Positions 13,780 through 26,298 of a stretch of 64,000 nt of DNA are shown here, one piece after another. The number at the start of each line of letters is the position of its first letter. The first letter of the stretch is position 1. The position numbers and the translations under genes are program-made. This DNA is from Macrostomum lignano (Eukaryota), in NCBI GenBank assembly GCA_002269645.1, contig NIVC01000264.1:62001-126000 (forward strand). The letters are read 5' to 3'. The notes under the pieces are model-generated. The model made no database searches and was not told the origin of the DNA. It saw nothing but the letters and a program-made list of their open reading frames with translations.

Positions 13780-14960
13780 TGGGAGATAAGAGAGAGGGAA
13801 AATAAGAGAGAAGGGAGATAAGAGACAGGGGAGATAAGAGAGAGTGGAGATAAGAGAGGGGAGGAGAGATTAGAGACACGGGATTGAAGAGAGGGGAGAT
13901 AAGAGAGAGGGGAAATAAGAGAAAGGGGAGATAAGAGGGAGAGGGATAATAAGAGACAGAAGATATGAGAGAGGGAGATAGGAGAGAAGGGAGATAAGAG
14001 ACAGGGGAGATAAGAGACAGGGGAGATTAGAGAGGGGAGATAAGAGAGAGGGAGCTTAGAGACAGGAGATAGGATATAAGAGACAGGGGAGATAAGAGAC
14101 AGGGGAGATAAGAGACAGGGGAGATAAGAGACAGGGGAGATAAGAGACAGGGGAGATAAGAGACAGGGGAGATAAGAGACAGGGGAGATAAGAGACAGGG
14201 GAGATAAGAGACAGGGGAGATAAGAGACAGGGGAGATAAGAGACAGGGGAGATAAGAGACAGGGGAGATAAGAGACAGGGGAGATAAGAGACAGGGGAGA
14301 TAAGAGACAGGGGAGATAAGAGACAGGGGAGATAAGAGACAGGGGAGATAAGAGACAGGGGAGATAAGAGACAGGGGAGATAAGAGACAGGGAGGTAAGA
14401 GACAGGGGAGATAAGAGACAGGGGAGATAAGAGACAGGGGAGATAAGAGACAGGGGAGATAAGAGACAGGGAGGTAAGAGACAGGGGAGATAAGAGACAG
14501 GGGAGATAAGAGACAGGGGAGATAAGAGACAGGGGAGATAAGAGACAGGGGAGATAAGAGACAGGGGAGATAAGAGACAGGGGAGATAAGAGAGATGGGA
14601 GGTAAGTGAAAAGGGAGATAAGAGAGATAAGAGAGGGGAGAAAAGAGAGAGGGGAGATAAGAGAGATAAGAGAAGGGAGATGAGACAGGGGAGATAAGAG
14701 AGATGGGAGGTAAGTGAAAGGGGAGATAAGAGAGAAGGGAGATAAGAGAGATAAGAGACAGGGGAGATAAGAGAGATGGGAGGTAAGTGAAAGGGGAGAT
14801 AAGAGAGAAGGGAGATAAGAGAGAGGGGAGCTTAGAGACAGGAGATAGGATATAAGAGACAGGGGATATAAGCGACAGGGGATATAAGAGGGACGGGAGA
14901 TAAGAGAGAGGGGAGATAAGATAGATGTGAGATTAGAGACAGGAGAGAGGAGAGAGGAGC
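13780..14960. repeat. 16-bp minisatellite (AGGGGAGATAAGAGAC) with degenerate flanks
   Basis: Pure core at about 14075-14590. Confidence 0.96.
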
Positions 14961-15989
14961 CGTATAGAAGGCGGAAATATCGAAGGCAAAAAACTTGGAA
15001 AGCCCCTCTTCAATGTACTTTCCAATGAAAAAAGTTACTCCAATAAATATATTAACAGCTTTCGCTTTCACAGCTTTCTCTTAAGCTCTTATTTGACAGG
15101 GGGGTTGTCAAGCAGGCTCTTGTATCATCATAGGGCGGTCGGAAAGCCAGGCAAGGCAACACTGTAATTAAGAGCTGCTTGCGTTGACCCCCGCTGACTC
15201 TGATGGGGGGGGGGAACTGAGCGGCACTTCACAGAGAGTTGCTGGTGATGAAGCTCAGAAAGAGACTGACAGGGCTTGGCAATTCCACCCGTACCCCCCT
15301 CTCTCTCTCTTGTCGGAGAATGATCCGGAGAATTTTCTAATTAACACCCCAGTTTCCCAGTTGCGCAGTGTATGAGTGGGTGTGTGTGCGAGAGTGTGTG
15401 TGTGTGTGAGGTCCAGGTAGCAACCGACGTGTCCGCCTATAATTCCAGTTATTGTGCGCATAGAGATTTTAGCTCAGCTCGGAAGTGTCAGCTGCTTGTC
15501 AGAAGAAAATAGAGAACGAGTAATAGATCGGTGAGCGAGATTTGACGCGTAGATAGATTTGATAATTTATTGTCTTTATCCCGTATATGAATTATTGATT
15601 TGTATTGTTAATGCAGAGACATTTCCAATCAATCGCTTGTCATTTATGGTCTGCGCACGTGTCTCGCGCCAGATCAATGCGCGAGTGATGAAATTAATAA
15701 TTCATTATCGGTCGATATTTTTGGGAAGTGAGATTTTGCTTGACGGGCATCTTGCAATATGGTGAAGGCTCAGAACTTTACAAATCAATCTTCAAAGGTC
15801 GACGGAATTCTTGCAACATGGCTTAGGGAGCCCTGAGAGCCTTAGCCAAGCTAGGTCTTACCAGCGGGATCCCTATAGGAGATCGCATCCAAATAAATCC
15901 CCTTTTCGCCTTGGAGTCACTGTAGGCCATATCCAGGAAAAATCCGTCAAGTTCACAATAAGTGGGGTTCTCTCTAGGTCGCATCCAGG

Positions 15990-16310
15990 GGCATTCCTTT
16001 AGATCGTGTTCAAGGGAATCCATCTAGGTCGCGTCCAGGGATTCCCTCTACGAGTAGGTCGCGTCCAAGGGAATCCCTTTGGGTCGCGTCCAGGGGAATC
16101 CCTTTGGGTCGCGTCCAGAGGAATCCCTCTAGGTCGCGTCCAGGGGAATCCATCTAGGCCGCGTCCAGTGGAATCCCTCTGGGTTGCATCCAGGGAATCC
16201 CTCTAGGTCGCATCCAGGGGCATTCATCTAGATCGGGTTCAGGGTAATCCCTCTGGATCGCGTGTAGGGGAATCTCTCTAGGTCGCATCCAAAGGATTCC
16301 CTTCACGAAT
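15990..16310. repeat. 25-bp minisatellite (AGGTCGCGTCCAGGGGAATCCCTCT)
   Basis: Units at 16081, 16106 and 16131. Confidence 0.9.
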
Positions 16311-16335
16311 TTAAGGAAATCTCTTTCCAACTCAC

Positions 16336-16530
16336 AATTCTGGCATCTGTCACCGCTGAAGCCTTCAAAGCAGCGGCAGCTGCCGGCCTCGCAGCGGCCA
16401 TTGCCTGAGCAGAGCGGGTCCAAGCACTCGGACCAGGCCACCTCACACTCGGCACCCTTCCATTGAGCGTGGCAGTGGCAGCGGCCGCGGTCAAAATAGC
16501 CATTGCCGCTGCAGATTTCCACTTCGTCGG
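16336..16530 (-). CDS. TENM: Teneurin exon 8 (EGF repeats 2-3)
   Basis: ttttcag|CC GAC...ICSGNGYFDRGRCHCHAQWKGAEC...CFEGFSGDRCQN T|GTGAGT; 195 nt. Follows an 86-nt intron. Confidence 0.95.
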
Positions 16531-16616
16531 CTGAAAATTCAAGCGATGAGTCAATTTTTTTAGATTATTCCAGTTTCTGGGATATTCGCAGTGAAAAGTC
16601 GTGGTGAAAAACTCAC

Positions 16617-16727
16617 GGATTGAACAGTCGGGTCCTTTGAAGCCGACAAGGCAGGAGCACCGGCCGTCGGTGCACTGTCCGCGGTTGCTGCACTGGTTGA
16701 GGCAGTTCGGCAGCTGGAAGTCTCGCA
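16617..16727 (-). CDS. TENM: Teneurin exon 7 (EGF repeat 1)
   Basis: ctgcag|TG CGA...CLNQCSNRGQCTDGRCSCLVGFKGPDCSI C|GTGAGT; 111 nt, phase 1 to 1. Confidence 0.95.
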
Positions 16728-16799
16728 CTGCAGGGTTTTGATGGAATTGTGTTGCAGTTGATGGCTAACTGTGCTGGACTATTGAGGGGCCTTGGGGGC

Positions 16800-17750
16800 A
16801 GTGGCAGCTCATTGAGGGACATTGAGGCAGTGGTAGCTCATTGACGGACATTGGGGACAATGATAGCTTATTGAGGGACATTTGGGGGCAGTGGTAGCTC
16901 ATTGAGGGACATTGGGGGCAGTGGTAGCTCATTGAGGGACATTGGAGGGGGTGCTAGCTCATTGAGGGACATTGGGGGCAGTGGTAGCTCATTGAGGGAC
17001 ATTGGGGGCAGTGGTAGCTCATTGAGGGACATTGGGGGCAGTGGTAGCTCATTGAGGGACATTGAGGACAGTGGTAGCTCATTGAGGGACATTGAGGGGG
17101 TGCTAGCTCATTGAGGGACATTGGGGGCAGTGGTAGCTCATTGAGGGACATTGGAGGGGTTGCTAGCTCATTGAGGGACATTGGGGGCAGTGGTAGCTCA
17201 TTGAGGGACATTGAAGGAAGTGGTCGCTCATTGAGGGCAGTGGTAGCTCATTGAGGGACATTGAGGACAGTGGTAGCTCATTGAGGGACATTGGGGGGGG
17301 GGGGGGTGCTAGCTCATTGAGGACATTGGTGGCAATGGTAGCTCATTGAGGGACATTGGGGGGGGTGCTAGCTCATTGAGGGACATTGGGGGCAGTGGTA
17401 GCACATTGAGGGACATTGGAGGGGGGTGCTAGCTCATTGAGGGACATTGGGGGCAGTCGTAGCTCATTGAGAGACATTGGGGACTGTCGTAGCTCATTGA
17501 GGACATTGGTGGCAATGGTAGCTCATTGAGGGACATTGGGGGGGGGGGGGCTAGCTCATTGAGGGACATTGGGGGCAGTGGTAGCACATTGAGGGACATT
17601 GGAGGGGGGTGCTAGCTCATTGAGGGACATTGGGGATAGTCGTAGCTCATTGAGAGACATTGGGGACTGTCGTAGCTCATTGAGGAGTATTGGGGCAGTG
17701 TTAGCTCATTGAGGACCATTAGGGACAGTGTTAGGTCATTGAGGGACAAT
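16800..17750. repeat. 30-bp minisatellite (TGGTAGCTCATTGAGGGACATTGGGGGCAG)
   Basis: Directly visible. Confidence 0.96.
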
Positions 17751-18016
17751 AAGAACAGTGGTAATGGTAGCTCATTAAGGGGATCTTACGTAGCTCCTTA
17801 AAGAACAAATAGGTCAGTGGCAACCACAAAAGGACGCACAGGAAGGCTCAGTAAGCCACCGCTTTCAGATAATTTCCTTACAACCCCCCCCCCCCGCAGT
17901 CATGGTATTCTATCGATCACTGATTGCATGTTTAAATCACTAAAGCAGGCGAGCGTTTTACAAGTTGATAACAGCGGGACAAGGGAGACAGGCCGGGGCC
18001 TTCCATAGCCACTTAC

Positions 18017-18164
18017 AAGTCAGCTCCGCTGAAATATCGGCAACCATGGGCTCCGGCTGGTCGTTGATGAGGGAGACATACCAGATGCCCGGCGTCAGGA
18101 AGCGAATCACCGACTGTTGATTCAATGGCGGCTGCTGCGGCTGCGTTTCCCGCTTGGCGATTTT
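18017..18164 (-). CDS. TENM: Teneurin exon 6 (end of Ig-like region)
   Basis: ccgccgcag|AAA ATC...IRFLTPGIWYVSLINDQ...ELT T|GTAAGT; 148 nt, phase 0 to 1. Matches the YL..GIWH..FYND motif. Confidence 0.9.
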
Positions 18165-18319
18165 CTGCGGCGGAAGAGGCGGGGCGGATGCGGCACAGTG
18201 GCGGTGGAATCCGCGGTAGCAACTGCTGCTGCTGGAGTAAAAGAGCCCCTTGGAAGATGGAGAATTAAGAAAGGCATGGCGGGCGGCGCTGGGGGAGACT
18301 GGGAGGGAGACGGATGGAG

Positions 18320-20212
18320 CGCGGACCCCGGGATTATAAGCAACTGGACTGGAAGGAGAGATAATTTTATTTTCCACCCTATACCACAGGGGGGCACTGC
18401 TTCTCCCTTCTGTCCCCCAGTTGGGGGCTTGGGGTGTTTGTTCCACGAGGGAAGGAAAGCTTTCGTTGTACACTAAAAAGCTCTCTCTACAATGTACATT
18501 CCAATTCGTCCCTGTTCGTATTTCGGCCGGGGTTGTGGCCTATAGTGGACTACAAGAATCGCTGCACTGTACAGCATGTCCTAAAACGATCTCTCCTTGT
18601 TTTTGCTAACTAGCACTCATAATTGTCTGATCGACTCTGAGAGTGAAGACGACTAATGGTGAAGGCTTGCTCAGCGTACGGATGCTCAAATCGAGCAAAT
18701 GGAACTGTCGCAGGAGTCAGCTTCCATAGTTTTCCATGGAAGGACCCGCTTCTGAAAAAGTGGAAGCGAGCCAACCCAAGTCAGGAGTTTGAGCCAACAA
18801 AAAGCTCAAGGATTTGCTCCAAACATTTTCATCCGGACGACTTCCATGGATACAAACGTCGCACGTAAGAAGAGCAAGGAGCAACTACTAAGACGCCTTT
18901 TGAAACAAGGGGCTGTGCCGTCCATCTTTCCCAACGCTCCATCCTACCTGTCCTCTGAAAAAAAGCCGCAGAGATCAACAGCGGCGACTTCTTCTGAACG
19001 TCTGGAGCGGGAACTCAGTGCCCTGCAAAGCAGCATCGACACCTTTCAGGAAGCCGACTCAATTGCTGATTGCAGCCTACACGACGTGCGCTCCAGACTT
19101 GATCAGGAGGAGAGTAAGCCAGCAGGTTTTCAATTCTCTCTGTGTGACGGCAAGCTGTGCATTTACATGCTTGAGATGGAGCCCAATTTTCATGTTGCGT
19201 GCTATATTTGCTTGGCTGAAGACCTCACCGTCACATTTGGATTCCGTGGATTGCCTCTGAAGATGAATAGGTTTGTCGATCTGTTGACTAATGGCAAGGT
19301 CTCGACCCTTAGCCAGCTTGTTAACATCATGTCGAGAATCAAGATTTTGAAGGAGGATACGGCCGAGTCTGACGATAAAGTTTCGCATCTGCTGGATATG
19401 GCTGAAGACCTGTTAGAAGAGGTGGAAGAGCTGGCAGATAACCGAACGGTGAGCTTTGCTTTGGAGCAATTGAAGTTGAGTAGGAAGCCAGCCTCTGCTC
19501 GCAGGTACTCGCAGGAGCTTCTCGTTTTTGCGTATTTAATTTACTCAATCAGTGCCGCTGCATACAAGACCATGCTGGAGCAGGAGGCACTTTGTCTGCC
19601 ATCTGATCGCACTTTGAGGTCCATCACAGCTAGAGTTGGTTCTAAGGTAGGTCTGGATAACGAAGGCTATCTTAAACTTCGGGCATCTAAGCTTGAACAA
19701 GTTGAGAAAGTTGTCGTCCTTGCGATCGATGAGATCTACATTGCCAATCGGGTTGAGTACAACAATGGTCAGTTGAATGGACTGGATGCAGATGGAGCTA
19801 CAGCAAAGACACTCTGCTGCTTCATGATCCGCTCTGTAGCGAGTCAATACAAGGACATGATTGCGATGCATGCCGTTGCAACATTGACTGCGAAGAAACT
19901 TACAGAATGGTTTCACCAGGCGATGAGTGTCTTAAGAAAGTTGAATTTCACCGTTTGTGCAGTGTGCGTTGATAATGCCGCAGTGAACCGCAAGTTTGTC
20001 AGAGGCCTGTGCGGCAACAACTTCAACCCTTGCTTCATGGATGAAGTAACTGGACAGCCTGTTTTTTTGCTGTTCGATCCAGTGCATTTATGTGATTTGT
20101 GTTAGCAATTCATGCCCCTCTGCAGATAAGCTGTGTAGGAAACTAATGCCCCCTTGTGGTATGGGTTATTTTTAGCCTTCCAGTCCAGTTGCTTATAATC
20201 CCGGGGTCCGCG
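18320..20212 (+). mobile_element. P-superfamily (THAP9-like) DNA transposon, internally deleted
   Basis: Perfect 37-bp TIRs CGCGGACCCCGGGATTATAAGCAACTGGACTGGAAGG (18320-18356 and 20176-20212), flanked by a 7-bp direct repeat GATGGAG (18313-18319 and 20213-20219). Encloses a THAP-transposase ORF. Confidence 0.9.
18656..20097 (+). pseudogene. THAP-domain P-element transposase, frameshifted near 18845 and truncated after the DxxH motif
   Basis: THAP C2CH (CSAYGC...FHSFP...W...ICSKHF...AVPSIF), then AIDEIYI, CVDNAAVN and FDPVHL. One extra C (TTC C ATG) splits ORFs 18656 and 18789. The C-terminal catalytic half is absent. Confidence 0.9.
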
Positions 20213-21836
20213 GATGGAGTCAGCTGTTGCTTTGGAGAGAGAGAGGGGCACCTGAAAGCAGCCGTTCTCGCTAAAGCATTGCTCCAATTCCAATTGGAAA
20301 TCTCCTCCCACATTCGAAGGTGAGAATAAGGGCGCGGCATTGAAGGAAAATAGAGAGGGGGAGGCCAAAAAAGACGTTTGGAAAATTTTTGAGGTCAAAA
20401 TTTTTTCTTTTCCCCTATTTTTTTGCAAAGACAGACGGGGACGTCTTTCAATACACAAGTTACGTAACCCTTGCTGTGGGAATTTCTGCCCGCGCATGGC
20501 CCGAGTGTCTGCAGTCTGTGTGTTTATCTGATTGTAAATACGATGGGGGGATTCTCCTACGCCCGAAGTGACAGCTAAAGGAAGGGGGAGGTGGGGAAGG
20601 CACCAGCGAGATCCTATTAATTTTTCTCCCAACTCCCGCTCACACAGACAGAAGCGAACGCAGGGAATTAATGCCCTTCTTTGGCCTGCGGCATTCAACA
20701 GGTGTGTTTGCGCTGCATCGGACAAATCTAAAAAATGTCCTGACGAACAGCTGACTGCCGGACAAGACGCAAGTCTTGCGGAGGAGAAGAAAAGAATGAC
20801 AAAAATATTAAGCGGGGAAATTCTGCTTGAAAAGTACATTTGCTTCTAGCTAGAAGAAACTCGATGGTAGAATGTTCGACATTTGCGGGTAAAATTGGCT
20901 GCGCTGGGAAATAAAGTAGTCAGCATTGATAGCGCTGAGCAATAAATATATTCACTCTTGCACAAACTCGCATGCAGGATTGCCAGAAACGAATTCATGG
21001 ACTGAAGCAGAAAGACGCTGCTGCACTCTTACATCTTGCAAATTTCGCAGGACCACTGAAAAACTGCATTGGCGAGATGTGAAGTCTTCGAGCTTTCAAA
21101 ACTGATTTCGTAAAGATTTGCTTTTTTCGACATACGAGCTTGACAATCTCGGTCAAGAAAAAACTGTCTATAGAATTTCAGGAAAAAATAGCTTGATAAA
21201 CTTGTGAGCCCGGGTGTTTTTCTACCCCAGATGGGCCGCTCCAGCTGCCTGGCCACAGCGCGAATACCCCGGTGTTAAGGCCATAGACTGTAGCTTCTGC
21301 CGCTCTCACGCATCAGCACTCCAAGAAAAGCACTTGAAAAGCATTGGAAAATCTGGCTGCTGACATGGTCACTTTGCATCAGCGGCAGCAGCAGCATCAG
21401 GGATCGGGTACCCCAGTCCATCGGGGGCATGGTCATGGACACTGCCTTGACGTGGCGACCCGGCTTAATCCCGTCGCCGGCTCCCCCCGATTGGCGGCGG
21501 CAGGAGAACCAAAGTGTCCACCCTTCGGCTGTCAGCAGGGACACAGCGTTTGCCAGCTCCGACGCGGCTGGGAGTGCTGGACCGCCCAGGCGCCGAAGCC
21601 AGGGTCGGCCGGTCCAGCACTCGCCCCAGGCGAGGCTGCGTCTGGTCCCCTGGCTGTCTCGTCTTAGATGACGTCAGCGTTGACTGGCTCAGGTGATGGA
21701 ATAACATACCATGCTCTCGCGCTGACAGCAACCACCCCTCCGGGGTCCAGGATGATGCGTGGCCCGTCCCCTCCCTACCCGGCGTTTGGAGGCGCTTTCT
21801 GGCGGGTTAGCCTTATACAACAACAACAACAACAGC

Positions 21837-24800
21837 GCCACACAACACCATCCAAATCAGCAAGGAGGACATCATGAGGATCCCGGGCGGTCCTGATTGG
21901 ATAGTTGCCGGAGACTGGAATGCGCACCACTCGATGTGGGACAATCTAGTGGCGGAGGATAACAGAGGCGTGGCGGTGATGGAGTGGGCGGACCTCCACG
22001 AGATGTCGGTGCTTAACGACGGAAGTTGCACTAGGAGCAGCAAGGACGGCAGGTTCCACTCGAGTCCGGACGTCGCCTTCTGCCATACCCTGGACGAGGC
22101 ATGGGAGTGGCAGGCTACCAGCGCCCTCAGCTCCGACCACAAACCGGTGCTAATCACTAGCAGAGGAGACTGCACCGATAAAGCTAAATCGAGGAAACTC
22201 GTCAGCTGGAATTGGAAGAATGCTGATTGGACGGCATTCCGGGAAGAAATCCGGACAAGCATTGCCGAGGGCGGAGAAGAGCTGCGGGTGATATCGACCA
22301 GCATAGCTGAGAGAAGGTTACGGGACATCATCACGAATGCCGCCAGAAAAGCGATCGGCGTGGTTGTTAGGAGGACCAGGAACCGGGACTGCCTCACCGA
22401 AGACATTAGGGCGGACCTGGTGGAGAGAGACGCCATTAGGACGGAGAAAGGAGAGTCGTCTGAGGAGTGGAAAGAAGCAGAAGCGGCCATCTCCGAGAAG
22501 ATTAAAGAGCACAAAAGGCAGGCCTGGAGGCAGCACCTCGCCACGAATGCGACCAACGCGAAGATGTGGACGGTCCTTAAGCAACTCAAAGGCACCCTAG
22601 CCAAGACGGAAAGCCAAGGGCTGACTCACCAAGGCCGCACATACATATCGGCGAGAGCCAAAGCCAACATCTTCGCGAAGACCTACGCGAAGGTCAGCGA
22701 TGTGAGAATTGAGAAAAGCCACCGCTGGGCCCGCCGCGACGTCAACGCCCGCCTAAGAGAGAGCAACATCTCGCCAGACCCGGAAGATTGCCAACCGCTC
22801 ACGCTGAACGAGCTCCAGGACGCTCTCCATGATATGAATGCCAACAAAGCTGCCGGGATGGACCACATCCACCCCAGGCTCCTCCGGGAACTGCCAACCG
22901 AAGCGCTAGAGGCCGTCCTGCAGCTGTTCAACAGGCTATTCGCTGAAGGATCCGCGCCACAAAATTGGCGCACGGCTAGGATCATCCCCCTGCTCAAGGG
23001 AGGGAAACCAAAGCAGGAAATCGGATCCTACAGGCCCGTGAGCCTAACATCCTGTCTAAGCAAGTGGATGGAGCGCATCATAGTCCGAAGAATCACCCAC
23101 AAGCTGGAAAGTGCCGGGAGACTCAGCGATTGCCAGGCGGGCTTCCGTGCGGGCAGGTCAGCTGAAGACCAGCTCTTGAGGTTGACTCAAGCCATCGAGG
23201 ACGCCTTCAAGAGGGGAGACATTACGCTGCTCACGCTGTTTGATTTCGAACGTGCCTTTGATAAGGTGTGGCGTGACGCCCTCCTAATCAAGATGCTAGA
23301 CAAGGGTGTGGGGCCGCGGATTGTCCGTTGGATCCAAGGATGGCTAACGAACCGCCTGGCCTGTGTCAACGTTGAGGGAACCGATGGTCGGCGAGAGCAA
23401 TTCAAACAGGGGCTTCCCCAAGGCTCGGCCCTGTCGCCCATCCTCTTCGTGATTTTCGTAGACGACCTTCTCAACAGCCTGAGCAAGCTCCCCGGAGTGG
23501 AAGTCAGCGGCTTTGCAGACGACCTGGCCACCTGGTCATGCGCTACACGAGCTGAGGAGGCGACGAACATGCAACAGGCGGCAGCGAACGTCGTGAGCGA
23601 ATGGAGCCGGAAATGGCTGCTCCCAGCCGCTGCGGCTAAGTGCACCACCACCCTCTTTACGCAAGGAAAGCCCAGCGAACCGAGCCGGTCCGTACGATTC
23701 AACAATGACGACCTCCGATGGGACCCGAACCCCAAGTTCCTGGGTCTCACGTACGACCGGAGCCTCCGTTTCACCCAACACGTTGCTAACGTCATCGAGG
23801 CGTGTCGCAGCAGGGTGAACCTCATGCGCAGGCTCGCAGGCAGCGACTGGGGTGGGAAAGCAACCTACTCCGGCAGACGCATACCGCCCTCATCCGCAGC
23901 CGCATCCTCTACGGGGCCTGCGCGTGGACGCCCTGGCTCAGCGAGGAAAGCTGGCGGCGGCTCGAAGTCCTAGATAGAACGGCAGCTCGAATAGTGAGCG
24001 GTCTAGTCCAAACTACACCGCTAGACGCCCTGAAAGCCGAGAGTGATATTGGACCCCTAAGAACGACGTGCGAGATCCGTTGGGCGGCGAAGCTCGACCG
24101 ATGGCTCCGCCTCAATGAGGAATCGGCCAGGTACAAAATGACCAGGAATGAGGAAGCTCGCCGACAGCGAGGTGGCAGCACTAGACGCGACTGGAGATCG
24201 GCGGCTGGGGAGCTACTGGCCAGGTTCAAGTTAGACGAGGTCGCCAGGACTGGAGATGGGCATCCTCTACCCCCCTGGAAGAAGGGCAACGCGAAGGACT
24301 TCCACGCTGATGCCTGCCGGGCGCCGAGCCAGGAGGAAAACCTGTCGCTGGCCCACCAGCTTCTGCGCACCGAAGGACCGCCCCCGGATGTGGTCATCTT
24401 CTCTGACGGATCCGTGTCGGACGGTTGCGGCGGAGGAGGAGCCATCATTGTGAAGCCAGAACCAGGCGACCCAGGATGCAGAGGAGAGATACTTGCTGAA
24501 ATGACACGGCCGGCTGGTCGCCCGTGTTCCTCACTCCAAGCCGAGCTCAGAGCGATGGAAGGCGCTCTGAACCTCCTAGAGCACCTCAGAGTGGAGAAGA
24601 GGAGAGTCTGGGTGATCACGGATAGCAAAAGCAGTCTGCAGGCGCTCCGCGGGCACTCAAGGAACCCGATAGCTGTGGAAATTCAAGCCCTGGCCGCCCG
24701 CCTCCGCGAGGGCGGAGTCACCTTCGAGTGGAGATGGGTGCCCGCGCATTGTGGCCTCTGGGGCAACGAGGAGGCTGACCGTCTGGCAGGAGCAGCCGTT

Positions 24801-25270
24801 CGCTCTCAGCAGGAGGACACCCCGGTCCTCGCCAGCGTGGTTGTGAAGCAGCTAGCTCGGGAGCTGAAGGCCAGTGAGACGCGCTCGCACCAGCGCTCCC
24901 GCGATACTTACGGCACCAGAGGACCGGCCAAACACCCCTGTTACGGCAGCAGAGAAGAGGCGACCAGCTTCATGAGAATGAGAACCGGTCACTCACTCGA
25001 GCTCGGAGCCTATTGCAAGCGTATAAAGAAGGTGGAGAACGGCCACTGCAGGATGTGCCGCGGCGAGGAGGAAACCGTGTCCCACATAGTCCAATGCCCG
25101 GCAACTTTCCGTCAGAGGAGTGAGTGGGACGTGATGGCGCTGAACGACCTAAACCGTTCCAGCGAAGGCGTCCTCAAGTTCTGGCGGTGGTATAGGAGTC
25201 ACCCACCACTGGAGCAGCCCTCACCGTTGGTAGCGTGAGTAGCAACAACAACAACAACAACAACAACAGC
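21837..25270 (+). mobile_element. 5'-truncated non-LTR retrotransposon (I-group, Ingi/Nimb-like): partial APE endonuclease, RT, RNase H, C-terminal CCHC; (CAA)n tail
   Basis: GDWNAHH...SSDH (APE), YRPVSLTS, QAGFR, FDFERAFD, GLPQGSALSP, FADD (RT), FSDGS/AEL/TDS/WVPAHCGLWGNEEADRLA (RNase H), CRMC...ETVSH...C. One 1-nt deletion in a G run near 23850 links ORFs 21874 and 23802. (CAA)8 tail 5 nt after the stop; (CAA)5CAGC duplicated at both ends. Confidence 0.93.
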
Positions 25271-25993
25271 AGCAGCTTGTGTCAGTAGCTCGTTGATCTT
25301 TGACCTAACTCATACTTTAAACTCAATGGCGGTTTGTGGTACATGCAGATCTGGAGTTTTAAACGACAATTCATTTTAGACTTCATATGTGCGTTGATTT
25401 AGCCAGCACTTCCGTCTGTCTGTCAGCCCTCTCCTCTCTCTCTCTCTCAGCTCGCATTCTGCACAAACTTGTCAGTCAAACTGAGGCCGCAGCCTGGCTC
25501 GGTTTGGACTAATTGTCAATCAATCAGTCAGCAACTGAACGAAACGCAGCCCCTCCCAGGCCGAAAGCAAACCCTAAACCGAATTCCAGGAAAACAAGCC
25601 GAAAAAATTGAGGGTAGAGAAGTTGGTTTAACGGGCCACTTGATGAAGCAGCAAAAAAACTGCAGAAGAGAAAAAACTTTGCCCTTTGCGGTTCGACGCA
25701 GTTTGAATTGCTGCGCAAGTAAAAAGACGCCAATTTCGTTACAATTTTCCGGTTTGAAATTAACTCTCTTTCCAGCTAGTTTTCTTAGTTCAAACAGACA
25801 GGAGGCGAAAGAGGAAGAAATGTGTTTACTTTCGGTTGCTGGCCGAGAAATTTGTCTTTTCTGACTTAACAGACTGAGGAAGGATGAATTGACTTGAGGA
25901 TTAGAGAATTGGTGGACCAATTAATCAGCACATGCCGGACTGGTAGATTGGTAAAATCCCCCAGCTTCACTCCAAATTCAATAAGTTTCTCAC

Positions 25994-26298
25994 CCTCGTC
26001 CTGCGCCGCAGATTAACTAGCCGGTGAAAGAAGTCGTACTGCACCACAGTTGGCAGGCTGTTACGTCTCAGGTACAAGCCGGCCACCTGCAGCGGCGGCA
26101 GGCTGACATTCAACACTAGGTAGAAGCTCCTTGAGCAGTCCAGCTGCCCCGACCAGTAAGCCGATGGTCCCAGGACGGCCCTGTAGACCTCGCCATCTCT
26201 TATCGGCACAGGGGGCGAGTTCGGGTTGAACAAGCCGAACAGCGAAGTGTTCTGGGCGAAGTTCTCCGATACTTGGCGCTCGAGTTTTACAGTGCGAA
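25994..26298 (-). CDS. TENM: Teneurin exon 5 (Ig-like extracellular region)
   Basis: tctccag|TT CGC...YWSGQLDCSRSFYLVLNVSLPPLQVAGLYLRRNSLPTVVQYDF...RRRTR|GTGAGA; 305 nt, phase 1 to 0. Matches the teneurin FW..Q / FNVSL / GIYGR..LPP..TQYDF motifs. Confidence 0.92.

Noticed and set aside
21282-21817. GC-rich stretch upstream of the LINE, starting CATAG and ending at (CAA)5; possible SINE or older element
   Set aside because: No matching inverted end, Pol III boxes or convincing protein motif found.
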